Source of the DNA: Felis catus
Taxonomy: Eukaryota
NCBI RefSeq assembly: GCF_018350175.1
Contig: NC_058368.1
Location: 121,646,001-121,710,000 of the forward strand
DNA: 64,000 nt
Reading direction: 5' to 3'
Positions within the stretch are counted from its first letter, which is position 1. Each line of letters opens with the position of its first letter. A program made the translations under genes and the position numbers. Below, one piece after another: positions 13,397 through 25,289 of this stretch. Under the pieces are notes generated by a model. It ran no database searches. It saw only the letters and a program-made list of their open reading frames with translations, and was not told the origin of the DNA.

Positions 13397-13768
13397 TGTT
13401 TTGTTTTTAAAGTTTATTTATTTTTGAGAGAGAGAGTGAGTGAAGGAGGGAGGGGGAGAGAGAGAGTCCCAAGCACAAAGCCCAATGCAGGGCTCCATCT
13501 TACAAGCTGTGAGATCATGGCCTGAGCTGAAATCAAGATTCAGACTCCCATTTACTTACTTACATACGTACGTACTTACTTACTTATTTATTTAGAGTGT
13601 GTATGTGAACACGAGTGGGAGGGCAGAGAGAGGGACAGAGAGAATCCCAAGCAGGCCCTGTGCTTTTTAGCATGGAGCCCCACTCAGGGCTCGTTCCCAC
13701 AAACCCTGAGATCATGACCTGAGAGGAAAGCAAGAACCGACGCTTAACTGACTGAGCCACCTAGGTGC
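13397..13768 (-). mobile_element. Tandem CanSINE dimer within one TSD
   Basis: Two SINE bodies flanked by AGACTAGAAAGTCTT (13382-13396) and AGACTGGAAAGTCTT (13769-13783). Confidence 0.85.
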
Positions 13769-14284
13769 AGACTGGAAAGTCTTGAAAATGAAAAGCAGTC
13801 AGTGCAGAATAGTGACATTTCAGGCAGGATGATCTGGGGGAGAGAGAGATCTTTCCCAGAGGTAGGCCCTGCACTTAGAAAGCTCATTCCCTGGTGTTCC
13901 GTCAGCCCTTAGCACTAGTCTCCATCAGGATGGGCACCGTGAATGTAAACTTAATTCAGCTTTGACAGTGTTTGGGCAAGCGTCTTTGCCTCTCCAAGCC
14001 TCAGTTTCCCTAGCTGTAAAGTGAAATTCGGATATTTACCTCACGGAGGTGTTGTTAGCTCTTGTACAAACAGTAACAAGCTCAGTGCCTAGCTCATAAT
14101 AAGCACTTAGTAAATAGTTATTAGTGGTATTATAAAATTAATACATGCTCAATCAGAGCCACCCCTGAATTTGTGGACCAGATGCAAAAATATAAATGGG
14201 GAACCAGATGTCTAAAACTTTAAAAGATATGAACATGCTAACAAACTGTTAAGTACAATAGAATATGTTCTGTCCTTCTAACAT

Positions 14285-14488
14285 TCTTTTTAGTTTTATT
14301 CACTTATTCTGAGAGAGAGAGAACACTCGAGAGGGGCAGAGAGAGAGAGAGAGAGAGGGAGAGAGAATCGAAAGCAGGCTCCACACTGTCAGCACAGAGC
14401 CTGATGTGGGGCTTGAACTCACAAACTGCGAGATCATGACCTGAGCAGAAATCAAGTTGGCCAGGTAACCAACTGAGCCACCCCCACA
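14285..14488 (-). mobile_element. CanSINE
   Basis: Reverse-strand SINE body with (GA)n; flanked by TSD-like CTGTCCTT. Confidence 0.88.
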
Positions 14489-14592
14489 CTCCTGTCCTTG
14501 TACCTTCATAACAAAATTAATTGGGTGTAGTTCTCTTTTGTCCTTTTTACAAGTTTTTTAATTTTTGAAGAATCTATTTGTTTAAATCTGCA

Positions 14593-14777
14593 TTTTTTTA
14601 AGTTTATTTATTTGAGAGAGAAGCACAAGAAGAGCAGAGAGAGAGAATCCCAAGCAGGCTCCAGACACTCAGTGCAGAGCCTGACACGGGGCTTGATCTC
14701 ACGAAGTGTGAGAGCCCATCACCTGAGCCCAAATCAAGAGTCAGATGCTTAACCAACTAAGCCACACAGCCGCCCCC
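14593..14777 (-). mobile_element. CanSINE
   Basis: Reverse-strand SINE body (GAATCCCAAGCAGGCTCC...CAAGAGTCAGATGCTTAACC). Confidence 0.88.
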
Positions 14778-15028
14778 TCGTTTTTAAATTAATTTAATAT
14801 TGAGAAAAGTTGGTAAGCCAATAGTTGTCAATAAAGTTATGTAGTAACATTTATGTTCAGGTATCAGCAATGGATTTTACTAAAGTTCAGATAGTGTGTT
14901 GGGTTCTCATGACAAGTTATTACCATTGAAAATGTTATAAAATATTCTCATCATATAAATCACTATCACTTTTGCTGTAATTTTCAACTTCTCTAAGAGC
15001 AATATCTAGAACTATAAAATACTTCTTT

Positions 15029-15476
15029 TTTAAATGTTTATAAATTTATTTATTTATTTATTCTTTTTTAATTTTTTTTCAACGTTTATTTATTTTTGGG
15101 ACAGAGAGAGACAGAGCATGAACGGGGGAGGGGCAGAGAGAGAGGGAGACACAGAATCGGAAACAGGCTCCAGGCTCTGAGCCATCAGACCAGAGCCCGA
15201 CGCGGGGCTCGAACCCACAGACCACGAGATCGTGACCTGGCTGAAGTCGGACGCTTAACCGACTGCGCCACCCAGGCGCCCCTATAAATTTATTTTTGAG
15301 AGAGAGAGAGAGCACAGGAGAGGGCAGACAGAGCGGGGAACAGACAGAATCCCAAGCAGGCTCCATGCTGTTAGCACGGAGCCCAGCATGGGGCTTGATC
15401 CCATGAACCATGAGATAACGACTTGAGTTGAAATCAAAAGCCCAACACTTAACTGACTGAACCACCCCGGCACCCC
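15029..15476 (-). mobile_element. Nested CanSINEs: young SINEC_Fc (about 15052-15282) inside the tail of an older SINE
   Basis: Inner TSD TATAAATTTATTT (15039 / 15283); outer TSD TATAAAATACTTCTTT (15013) / TATAAATTATTTCTTT (15477). Confidence 0.92.
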
Positions 15477-16207
15477 TATAAATTATTTCTTTAGTTCTTT
15501 TTCTCAAAAACTTGAAAGCTGGAATATAAAGAGCACCAAAAAAAATGGCAATATGTTAGGTGACTTATTCAAATCTCTCTTGAATTGACATTACACGTTG
15601 ATTTCTAATAACCCCAAATAATCTCAGTAGCAATTAGTTTGGAGATTATCTGTCTCTGAATATTCTCTTTTATAGTGCTGCGAATGTTTTTGTTTACATT
15701 TCTGATTTTCTAATATTTTTAGGAATGCCACGTTGATCACAAGTGTCACATACACTTTATTTCAATTTAGTTAAACCATTTTCTCTAAACGAAACACAAA
15801 TGAATCTTAGAAGGGCAAAATAGCCCAAGTCCTGTCAGTGCAAGCTTTTGGAGTTCCTGCAAGCTTTGCCTAACATTATTAATAGTAGGAACAGTTCACA
15901 CCAGGTAACTGTGGATACTACAAAATCAAAGATAATTTCCTGTTGAAGATCACGATTTTTTTTTAACATAAGGAGAATCTTTTCTTTCTTGCACAATTCT
16001 AGCCCATCTTGTTAGCATGTGTAAGTTAAATCTTGCATTAATGGTGTTTAATCAGGATTGCCTTTGTGTGTCCAAAAGTAGTTGTCATGGCAGAGATGAC
16101 GTGGTTTTCCTCATGATGCCTCCTATTTGGGCAGATCCAGAGAATATCTTTGCAGTTACTGAATTGTTCAAAGATGCACTCCCTTATTGGCACAGATGAG
16201 AACATGT

Positions 16208-16245
16208 TTCTTTTTTTTATATTTTTTCAAAGTTTATTGATTTTT

Positions 16246-16276
<31 letters not shown>

Positions 16277-16432
16277 TGTGGGGAGGGGCAGAAAGAGAAA
16301 GGGACAGAAGATCTGGAGTAGGCTCTGCTCTGACAGTAGAGAGCCCAACTCGGGGCTCAAACTCCCGGAACTCTGAGATGATGACCTCAGCCGAAGTCAG
16401 ACACTTAACCAATGGAGCTACCCAGGTGCCTC
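16208..16432 (-). mobile_element. CanSINE inserted in the hAT transposase remnant
   Basis: SINE body, TSD GAACATGT (16200 / 16435). Confidence 0.9.
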
Positions 16433-19012
16433 AAGAACATGTCTTAATAAGAAATTCAACTGGTGCTTTGTCCGTGGCTCACAAAAAAATGCTTGTTCTT
16501 TACCAACTGCTATTCTCAGTAGCTAGCCCTCGTTAATCTTTTAAACCAGTGACTAAAACTCAAAGTTATTTTTGCAATTCTATTTTTTTACAATGGGCAT
16601 CACCAATAAAATACTCATTAATTTTGATTTCTTCTATTTTAATTCTCTGATAGTTTGACAGTAGGTATAATGAATGTTGTTGAGTATGATCTGTCCTAAT
16701 ATAATCTAGTTAAAGAAGTTATTAATTTTTAGAATTTTATGTGTAATTTCTTTCATCACTTTTAATACTATTTTGCATTCTCTTCCTTTTATGTGATTTT
16801 AAAAGGTTAGCTTTTATCTATCTTACAGACTTGGCTATTCTGGCGTCACATTTTAAAGTCATTTTTTTCTACTAAACTAGAACATTTCTATTGTTGTCTG
16901 TGACTATTTTGCCGCTGTTGTCCCACAAGGTTGGCTAAATATGGAACATCTATTACTATTCTCTTAATAATATCACAGCGGTATTTTATATCTGTGTTTA
17001 GTAGTTTCTTTGTAGTTTACTATTGTTCACTTACTGTTACTTTAGACTTTTTTTTTTAAACAGTTCTTGTGTTTGCATAACAGGTTTTTTGTTTGGTTTT
17101 GTTTATTTTTGGTTGCAAGTAACACTGTGCGTTCTTTTAATTGAGAAACTAAGTATTTCCACTCACATTTTCCTTAGCTAGACTTGTGAAGATTGGCTGG
17201 GAAATGTGTGGTAATTGTAACATAATATTTTGTCTTTCAACTTAAAATATAACAAAATTTCTATAGTTTCTCCATTTGAAAAAACATTTTATTAATATGA
17301 AATATAACATTTCCTCCCATCATTATCCAATGGAGAATTCATAACCAATAATTTGAAGTAACTTATGTTGTTCTGGACGCATTCTCATGATTTTAAAAGG
17401 TCATGACAGACATTTTCTAGGGTGACTTTCCAATAAACAGTACAAATTCAAAGTTTTTAGTTTTCTCATCCAATTTGCCTTTTTCTTTTTTTTGGTAATT
17501 TATTGTCTGATGGGCAGGCCAGAATCACATTTATTTTTTTCTAAGTTGTGAATTTTATATTATCTTTTTCATTATCAACATTGATCAGGAAAAAAACACC
17601 GCATTACTCAAGTACATAAAGGCACAAGTGTTTGATCTGATCTGTTCAGGTTGTAGATTTGCTAGGAATACTTTCCTTGCCCATTTTTTTGTTTTGCTCA
17701 GCCACTAAGTCTTCATTAAGTAAATAACTTGTAATGTTTGTAAATTGTATGTGGGTCATGCTTAGCAGAAGTCTGCTCACTTTCATTGCCTGCAATTTAA
17801 AAAAATTGAAGCAAACCGCTTTTTTTCTGTTTTCTTTTCAGCCCTTCCTTTTCTGAGCTCCATGTTCATTATGTGTGGTTCTCTCCCAATGCCAGCATGT
17901 TCTCACTCTCCATGATCTATAGGATTAAAAGATTAAATGCAATCATATTCAAAAGATTCCAAGTTTGCCTGTATTTCATCAAAATGTAATTAAAGTAAAT
18001 GTTAAAATATTGAAAAGCTAAAATTATTTTTCCTATAATGTCTCAAAAAGTTATTAAGGAGCAAAAACGAAATAATATTTAATGAACAGTAAAATTTAAA
18101 CAAAAACTATTCAAATAAAGCTTAGTTACTTGTTTTAAAATTTAATTATATCTTAGAAGCTATTTTTATAAATATAAAATGATTGGCAATTCCTGTGTTC
18201 TGTGACCATCAGCTGTTAATGCAAAAAATTGGGATTATGCTTCATGCTTAAGCATGCTGTGTCTAGACTATGTATAAAAAAAAGAATTAGGGATGTTTGG
18301 TTTATTATTGCATACTGTTCTTTGGCTGCTGTATGTGACTATTGCAAATTCTGTAGTGATTTGTGAGTACTTATAGGTCTGCAAACTGGAACTTCAAGAA
18401 AGCAAGAAAATAGATGCTAAACACTCGTGGGGAATTGGTACTTTATTATGCAAGAATCTATAACATCAATGATATGTGAGAGGAAGGATTTGACAAGTTA
18501 ATTAATTTGTCTTTTCTCTTACCGGAGTGCTTCCACAGCTCAGAGTTTCCTGACAGTCCTAAGCGATGTCCTTCCATGATGTTTGCAGAACAACCCACGA
18601 TTCCTCATGACGTTTGGATAAAGTCACCTACTGTTTTTAGAACAGAGGGCAAGAGATGCAGAGAAACGTTTCCTGTGGCCTGAATGGTGTAAGTCACCAG
18701 TGTGGACTCTAGGACTGTGGCTGCTCCGTGTCAGCAGAGGGTACCGGATCCCTTAATAAATTTACCTTTGCATTGTGCGCTTGTGATTTTCAGACTCTTG
18801 AGTTCTGAGGTGGGAGCCTCTCTTGACCAAGGGCTGTCCTGAGCTCAATAAAATATTCACCACAACTTATATGTACAACCCATATATAAAAAATGGACAT
18901 AGCTTTTCCCTCAACCAGTACCTGAATAAATTACCATGTAAACAGTTTGGGGTTTAATTTTCTAGGCATCTTTTATACTAACCTACACACACATACATAT
19001 CTTTTACATAAA

Positions 19013-19063
<51 letters not shown>

Positions 19064-19309
19064 TGCATACATACACAAATGAGCTTTGGTAAGCTTCTTT
19101 TCCTACTTAATATATTATGCACTGCTTTCCATGTTGTTACATAATATTCACCATTAACTTTATCTTATTAATAACTATATGATACATACTAATTTTTTTT
19201 AGTCAAGTCCTTCTTAAATGATTTCTCCCTGCCCCCCCCCCAATTTTTGTCATTATAAAAATCATACAGCGAGTACCCTTGTGTGGGTGACTTGGTTTTC
19301 ATTACTTAA

Positions 19310-19745
19310 AAAAAATACACTTTTTACTTTGGAATAACTTTAGACTTACAGAAGTATGGCAAAGATAGTACAGAGAATTAGTGTATACTTTTCAGCCAGC
19401 TTCCCTGAATGTTAACATCTTACATAACCATTATCTATTTGTCAAAACTAAGAAATTAACATTAATACAATATTATTGACTACATTACAGATTTCACTAG
19501 GATTTTACCAAATTTTCCACTAACATTCCTCCCTTTTTGATTATTGTATTAAGAAAACATACTTTGAGATCTACCCTCTTAGCTTTTTGAGTATATAGTA
19601 TTGTTAACTATAAACACGATGTCATACAGCAGATCTAGAACTTTCTCATCTTGCGTGACTGAGACTTTATACCTGTTGAACAGCAACTCCGCCGTTTCCC
19701 CCTCCCTCCAAGCCCCTGGCACTCACCATTCTAAGTTTTCACTAC
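19310..19745 (-). mobile_element. Old L1 (L1MA/MB/MC-type) 3' fragments
   Basis: tttagacttacagaag...gttaacatcttacataacc; ctttgagatctaccctcttag...agcccctggc motifs typical of L1M 3' UTRs. Confidence 0.7.
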
Positions 19746-20439
19746 TTTTAAGCTCATGATTGCATTTGGTCAGTCACAGCGAATTTATAAATATTAGAAA
19801 TGGGCTATATATAGTCGCTGCTCCCGTTATTCGTCTTCCTAAGGCTTTCCTGCAGACTTTTCTGGACAACTAAGTTCCAGATGAATATTTTACACTAATG
19901 TGCCTTGTGTAGGGTCCAAGGCAGTCTGCTATTATTAATGTGTTAACCTTTACTGGCCAGTAATGGCAGAGAAATTAGAAATCTATATTAATTAGGAATG
20001 GCAAATGGAAACTCAAATATATATAATGTATATTTAAATATTTTATTTTCATATGTGAATTATAAGGAGATATTTATATCTCCATCTTAATTATACGCAT
20101 GCTGCTATTTCCACGCTTTGGAGCTAGAGAGTGGCAGACCCAGGACTAAATTCCAGGTGTGGCTGACACCAGTGACAGCAGTCTTGCCACACTGCCATGC
20201 CTTCTAGGAGGGATTAGAATTTGGATGTGGTGCTTCAAAGAGTTTTTAATTTTTCTCAAAATAAGAAATACTTTTTGCACACACCAAATCAGTCACAGTG
20301 GCTGCATTTAGGGAGTGGAGAGGTGTTGCTAAGAAGACAAATGGGAATTTTGCCTGTCTGTATTGATTGACTTATTTAAATAATGAGCATGGGTTCGTGT
20401 AGTACTTGTCAAATTGTAAAAATTATTGAAAGATAATCT

Positions 20440-21000
20440 TATACATAGCGGCTAGGAATATCAAACAATACAGCCACTTTTGAAAACAGTTTGGGAGTTG
20501 TTTATTAAGTTAAACATATGCTTAGCATGTGACCTAGCAACTGCATTCTTATCCACCCAATAAAAAGGAAAGCATATGTTCGCAAAAAAAGTCTGTATAA
20601 AATGTTTATAACAGCTTTATTCATAATCACTAAAGGCTGGAAACAATCCATATGTCCATCTACAGGTGAGCAGATGAACAGCTGTGGTCCATCCTTACAA
20701 GAGGATACAACTCTGTAATAAAAAGCAACAAACTATTGATAGGTGAAACGACATGGCTGGATCAAGTGAAAGCAGTCTGACACAAGAGGTTACACACGAT
20801 TGTATTTATATGACATGCACTAAAAGGGAAAAATATACGGACAGAAATCAGATCAGTGGTTGCTGGAGGTGAGAGGAGGGAAATGATTATATAGTAGCAC
20901 AAAGGATCTTTTTAGAGTGATGCAAATATTCTAACTTGATTGCGTTGGTGGTCACACAGGGATACGTGCATTCACCAAAACTCACTTTATACCAAAAAAG
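20440..21000 (+). mobile_element. Old L1M 3' end fragment
   Basis: cagccacttttgaaaacagtttg...acagctttattcataat...gacagaaatcagatcagtggttg, typical of the L1M ORF2 end and 3' UTR. Confidence 0.75.
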
Positions 21001-21004
21001 GTTA

Positions 21005-21415
21005 ATCATAGATTAAATAATAAAATTGAAATTACAGATTAAGTTATAAATTAGAGTTTATATTATAATTATATATAATATAGTATATAATATGTAATTA
21101 TAACTAATAAATACAATTAAGTATAATTATAATTACATATTATATACTACATAGTATATAACTCTATAGCATATATTAATAATTTTAAATTATATATGAT
21201 AATTTATAATTATGTTATCTATAATGTACTGAATTATATACTACAATTTGATGTTATTATAATGTAAACTATAATTTATAGTTTGTATTTCTACTTGTAG
21301 TTTGTATAATTATATATACTTTATATATAATTATAGTTATATTTTAAGGTAACACAATTTATATTGTTAATTATATAAATTATAGATCAATAAGTATAAC
21401 TTAAAATTAATAAAC
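21005..21415. repeat. AT-rich low-complexity tract containing a 23-bp perfect inverted repeat
   Basis: Almost entirely A/T; arms 21081-21103 and 21127-21149. Confidence 0.9.
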
Positions 21416-22840
21416 AGAAGCGAAAAGAGAAGTTCAAACAATTAAAGCTGAAAATGAGATTGTGAACACCTCCTCATGGAGGTTAGTCCAGCAGAGTGTA
21501 GACCATCTGGCAAAGATGTAATGGAAGGAACTGGGTGGTAGGTGATGATTTGATGATTTCTGAGGTTCCTGTTCCTTTTTCTAGGTGCCCATCATTGTTC
21601 ACACATGTCTGCGCTTCAGGGGGCAGCTATTAGCCTGTACCTGACTCTTGTGTGAATGAGAACAGGCACCTCCACCTAGAGAAGGTGCAGAGCTATGCAG
21701 CACTCCTTGGCTGGCGGATGGTGCCTTAGTGAACTTCATGGATGTCTCAGGATAGGCAGAACAAAGAAGAGGTGCCTTGTAATAGTCTCAGGTAGGAAGA
21801 AGGTAGAGGGAATCTATCTGGCCAGCTCCAACCTTTTTTCTGTTTCCCACTGGTATGGTTGCCCCAAGGAAGTTAACTCTCTTATGCCTCAAGTATCTTC
21901 ATGCATTCCTTTTAGCAGCCATTTGGGAAGCCAGATTAAATGCGCTATGTTGTATTATTTTATAAGTCCAGATGTGGCAAGAGAAGCAAGAGACATAGGG
22001 CATGTAGCTCTTCAGTATGGTTGCGCAGAGGTAATGGGGGGAGGGCCCTTGGCTTCTCCCAGTAATGGATGATTAGCCCTAGGTGGCAGATACGCATGCG
22101 CCTAAATGGACGGGTAATTACAATGGCAGTCAGGCCAGAACAAGCAGCAGGGGCCTGAAAGTTAAGGGTACCAAGAGAATACGAAAAGGCATAAGATTAC
22201 AATTCAGGGCTCAAAATTATTTGTTGAATAAATGAATGAACGAATAAATCAATGGGTGTGGTGGGAAGACGGTAGCAGGGGCAGCGAGTTTTTCAAATCT
22301 TCTGAAATCCCCCATAAAAAAAGACAGATAAACTCTAACGGGAAAATCCAAGGCCCAAGGTCAACACCTTCAAAAATCTAGATGAACATGGTATCTTCAC
22401 GAAGCCCCAAACACGAGCAAGTGGAGGAACACCACCAACTACTAAACGTGCACTGCTCTGCATATCTGTGTCAGGGCAGGAGGGAGCAGGGAGGTATCTG
22501 ACCGACGTGAGAACACAATTCTAGAACTGACAACACGACTCAGTGAAGTGCAGAGTAAAGCAATTTGAGACCAACTGGAACCAGGAGGACTCTTGCACAC
22601 TCCAACAAAGCTGTGGCTCTGTGGGGTTCGAGATAGAGTCTAAAGGAGCTGGTATAGCCTGGGGTGTGAGAGCTTTCAAAATTACAAGCTCCTTTTCAGG
22701 CAAAAAGGGTGGAGTTCTGAGAGTAGTATTCAATTCAAAAGAAAGGAAAAAGAGTAGAGGAAAGGAAAAAGAAAGCCTAAATAAAAGAGCAGAGGACTCA
22801 CATCTCAGAAAGCACAAGGCAATTTAAAAAGATTTCTTAG

Positions 22841-23062
22841 AGCACCTGGGTGGCTCACTCAGTTAAGTGTCCAACTTTGGCTCAGGTCATGATCTCATGG
22901 TTCGTGGGTTCAAGCCCCACATCGGGTTCTATGCTGAACACTTGCTCAGAGCCTGGAGCCTGCTTCAGATTCTGTGTCTCCTCTGTCTCTGCCCCTCCTC
23001 CACTCATGCTCCGTCTCACTCTGTCTCTCAAAAATAAATAAATGTAAGAAAGTAAAAAAAAA
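22841..23062 (+). mobile_element. CanSINE (SINEC_Fc-like)
   Basis: Head GCACCTGGGTGGCTCA, AGCCTGGAGCCTG insert, A tail. Confidence 0.9.
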
Positions 23063-23797
23063 ATCAATACACACATACATGGGTTGAATAATCTATTAGA
23101 AGATGCACGACGAAGAAAATAAAAAGCAATGGAAATTTAAAAAGGTAACATTTAAGAAAACTTTCCTGAAATAAAGAGAGTTTTGACACCAGTACCTAGA
23201 AAATCAATCCTGAATGAAGATTGTCAAGGTATATTCTAAGAGATGTCTGAAGTTTACAAAAAAAAAAAAAAAGATTTGGGCGTTTAGTCAAAATACCAGA
23301 TGACTTAAGTGACTGTCTTTGGCTTTATCCCAGAATACATAAAGTAGCATACTGAAAAGATTCAAAGAAAGAAGTCCTAAGGCAAAGGTTTTACATCTAG
23401 CCAATATGTCAAAAGTTATGAACATGATGGAACCAGAGACTGTTGCTTCCATGTGCCCATCCTGAGGAATTTCCTAAGGAAAGGTGCTGTAGACCACCAA
23501 AAGGGAAGGGCATTGACAAGAGGACTAATGATGAGCATAACTATGTAATCACCCATAAAACTATGATGGTTATGAGAAGAGTACATACCCAGCAGATATT
23601 ATACAATAATTAAAGGGCCAGAAGGGTAACGGAGATATAAAACAGAATATACTTGTTGATTATTTTATAGTTACTGGTGAGGGTAAAAGGATATTTATTC
23701 ACGTGACAAACTGGTGCATTGGGATAAGAGAAAATAAATTATTAACTAATTTAAATATTGTTAGGAAACCAATAGAAAATAACAAAAATAAGAGGGG

Positions 23798-24017
23798 GGG
23801 GTGCCTGGGTGGCTCAGTCGGTTAAGCGGCCAACTTCGGCTCAGGTCATGATCTCGCAGTCTGTGAGTTCGAGCCCCGCGTCGGGCTCTGTGCTGACAGC
23901 TCAGAGCCTGGAGCCTGTTTCGGATTCTGTGTCTCCCTCTCTCTGACCCTCCCCTATTCATGCTGTGTCTCTCACTGTCTCAAAAATAAATAAAATGTTA
24001 AAAAAATTTTAAAAAAA
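23798..24017 (+). mobile_element. CanSINE (SINEC_Fc-like)
   Basis: Intact head, body and tail; TSD-like TAAGAG...GGGGG. Confidence 0.92.
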
Positions 24018-24429
24018 GTAAGAGAGGGGGACTAAGGTTATTTTAGCTTTAATATAAAACTAACCCTTAAAATAAAGTGAGTACAAATATATTTGATAGG
24101 GCAAATAAAATAGACCGTATAGTGAAAAATTAGTGTTATGAAAGACTTGTGTATACACAACAGAGAGTAATATGAGTGAAAAGAATACAGTGCAAAGGAG
24201 TGTATACCAAATACTACCATGTGAATTAAAAGAAAGGCAAAAAAGGACATACATAGGTATACACATACACGTGTATATTTGTTTCTTTTTTTGCAAATAA
24301 GAGAGGATAAACCAGAAACTAATAAAATTCACGCATATGGGGATTGAAGAAAACTTCTCTGGGTTACCTTTTCATATGATTTTAACTTTTGAACTACAGA
24401 ACATTTTACATATTCATAAAGTTATTTGA

Positions 24430-24535
24430 CCGCTACCTTTAGCAGCACATACACTAAAACTGGAATGATACAGAGAAGATTAGCAGGGCCCTTATACAAA
24501 CATGACCCGCAAATTCATGAGGTATTCCATATTTT
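24430..24535 (+). pseudogene. Full-length U6 snRNA retropseudogene (5' part of a U6/L1 chimera)
   Basis: Ungapped ~80% match (about 21 mismatches in 106 nt by hand) to U6; ACAGAGA box at 24470-24476; ends CCATATTTT. Confidence 0.93.
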
Positions 24536-24696
24536 AATGATGGATGTTAACTAAACTTACTGTTGTACTTATGTTGCAATACATACATATATCAAATCAC
24601 TATGTGATTCACCTGAAACTTACACAATGCTATATATCAGTTATGTCTCAATAAAATTTTTAAAAATAAAAATAATAAAATCTTTAAAAAAAAAAG
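24536..24696 (+). mobile_element. L1 3' UTR end (L1MA/L1_Carn-type) with AATAAA and A-rich tail, fused directly to U6
   Basis: gatggatgttaactaaacttac...cacctgaaact...tctcAATAAA followed by an A-rich tail. Confidence 0.8.
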
Positions 24697-25074
24697 ATAA
24701 TAAAAAACCCACTGCCACAAAGAAAAAAATTAAAAGAAATCAACATGGACAGGAAAATCCTAATTTGAAGATAAACAAATGAACTTATGTCAAGGTTAAA
24801 GGTCTTTAGACACACCGTTACTTTTAGGGGGCTAGACTCTAAGGATAAAATAAAAGCTTCAAACAATCTTGTACTTCATTAGTAAGTTTGTTGGTAGTGG
24901 TATTGACATAATAATTCTGAAACTATTGGGTGTATTATAACGAGCAGTAAATGAATAGCTATGCTGATGTTGGTGAAAATTAGAGTTTTCAATGTGAGAG
25001 AAAGGAGATAAAATAGGGACGTGGGGAAAGGAGGAAGAACCCTGTGATGTTCTATTAGAATTGGGGGGATTGAT

Positions 25075-25289
25075 GGGGCGCCTGGGTGGCACAGTCGGTT
25101 AAGCGTCCGACTTCAGCCAGGTCACGATCTCGCGGTCCGTGGGTTCGAGCCCTGCGTCGGGCCCTGGGCTGATGGCTCAGAGCCTGGAGCCTGCTTCCGA
25201 TTCTGTGTCTCTCTCTCTCTCTGCCCCTCCCCCGTTCATGCTCTGTCTCTCTCTGTCCCAAAAATAAATAAACGTTGAAAAAAAAAAAA
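25075..25289 (+). mobile_element. Young felid SINEC_Fc
   Basis: Perfect 17-bp TSD AGAATTGGGGGGATTGA (25057 / 25290); CpG-rich body. Confidence 0.95.

Larger units (their letters stand above)
14154..18841 (-). mobile_element. Near full-length hAT-Tip100 (Zaphod-like) DNA transposon fossil, interrupted by SINEs
   Basis: Ends CAGAGCCACCCCT and (reverse complement) CAGGACAGCCCTT; 8-bp TSD TGCTCAAT (14146-14153) / AGCTCAAT (18842-18849); degenerate transposase motifs on the minus strand. Confidence 0.78.

Noticed and set aside
15079..15507. Recurrent ORFs such as MGQRETEHERGRGRERGRHRI... and ...AQVMISWFMGSSP... (also at 25055, 31900, 34011, 34337, 50156)
   Set aside because: Translations of CanSINE bodies, not genes
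22076..22102. CTCF-like GCCCTAGGTGGCAG and NRF1-like ACGCATGCGC; similar partial CTCF matches near 5524, 8593, 31823 and 49178
   Set aside because: Mismatches at core positions and probable location in old repeats; insufficient without ChIP data
24430..24535. Functional U6 snRNA gene
   Set aside because: About 20% diverged with CpG decay, fused to an L1 tail, no apparent PSE/TATA promoter
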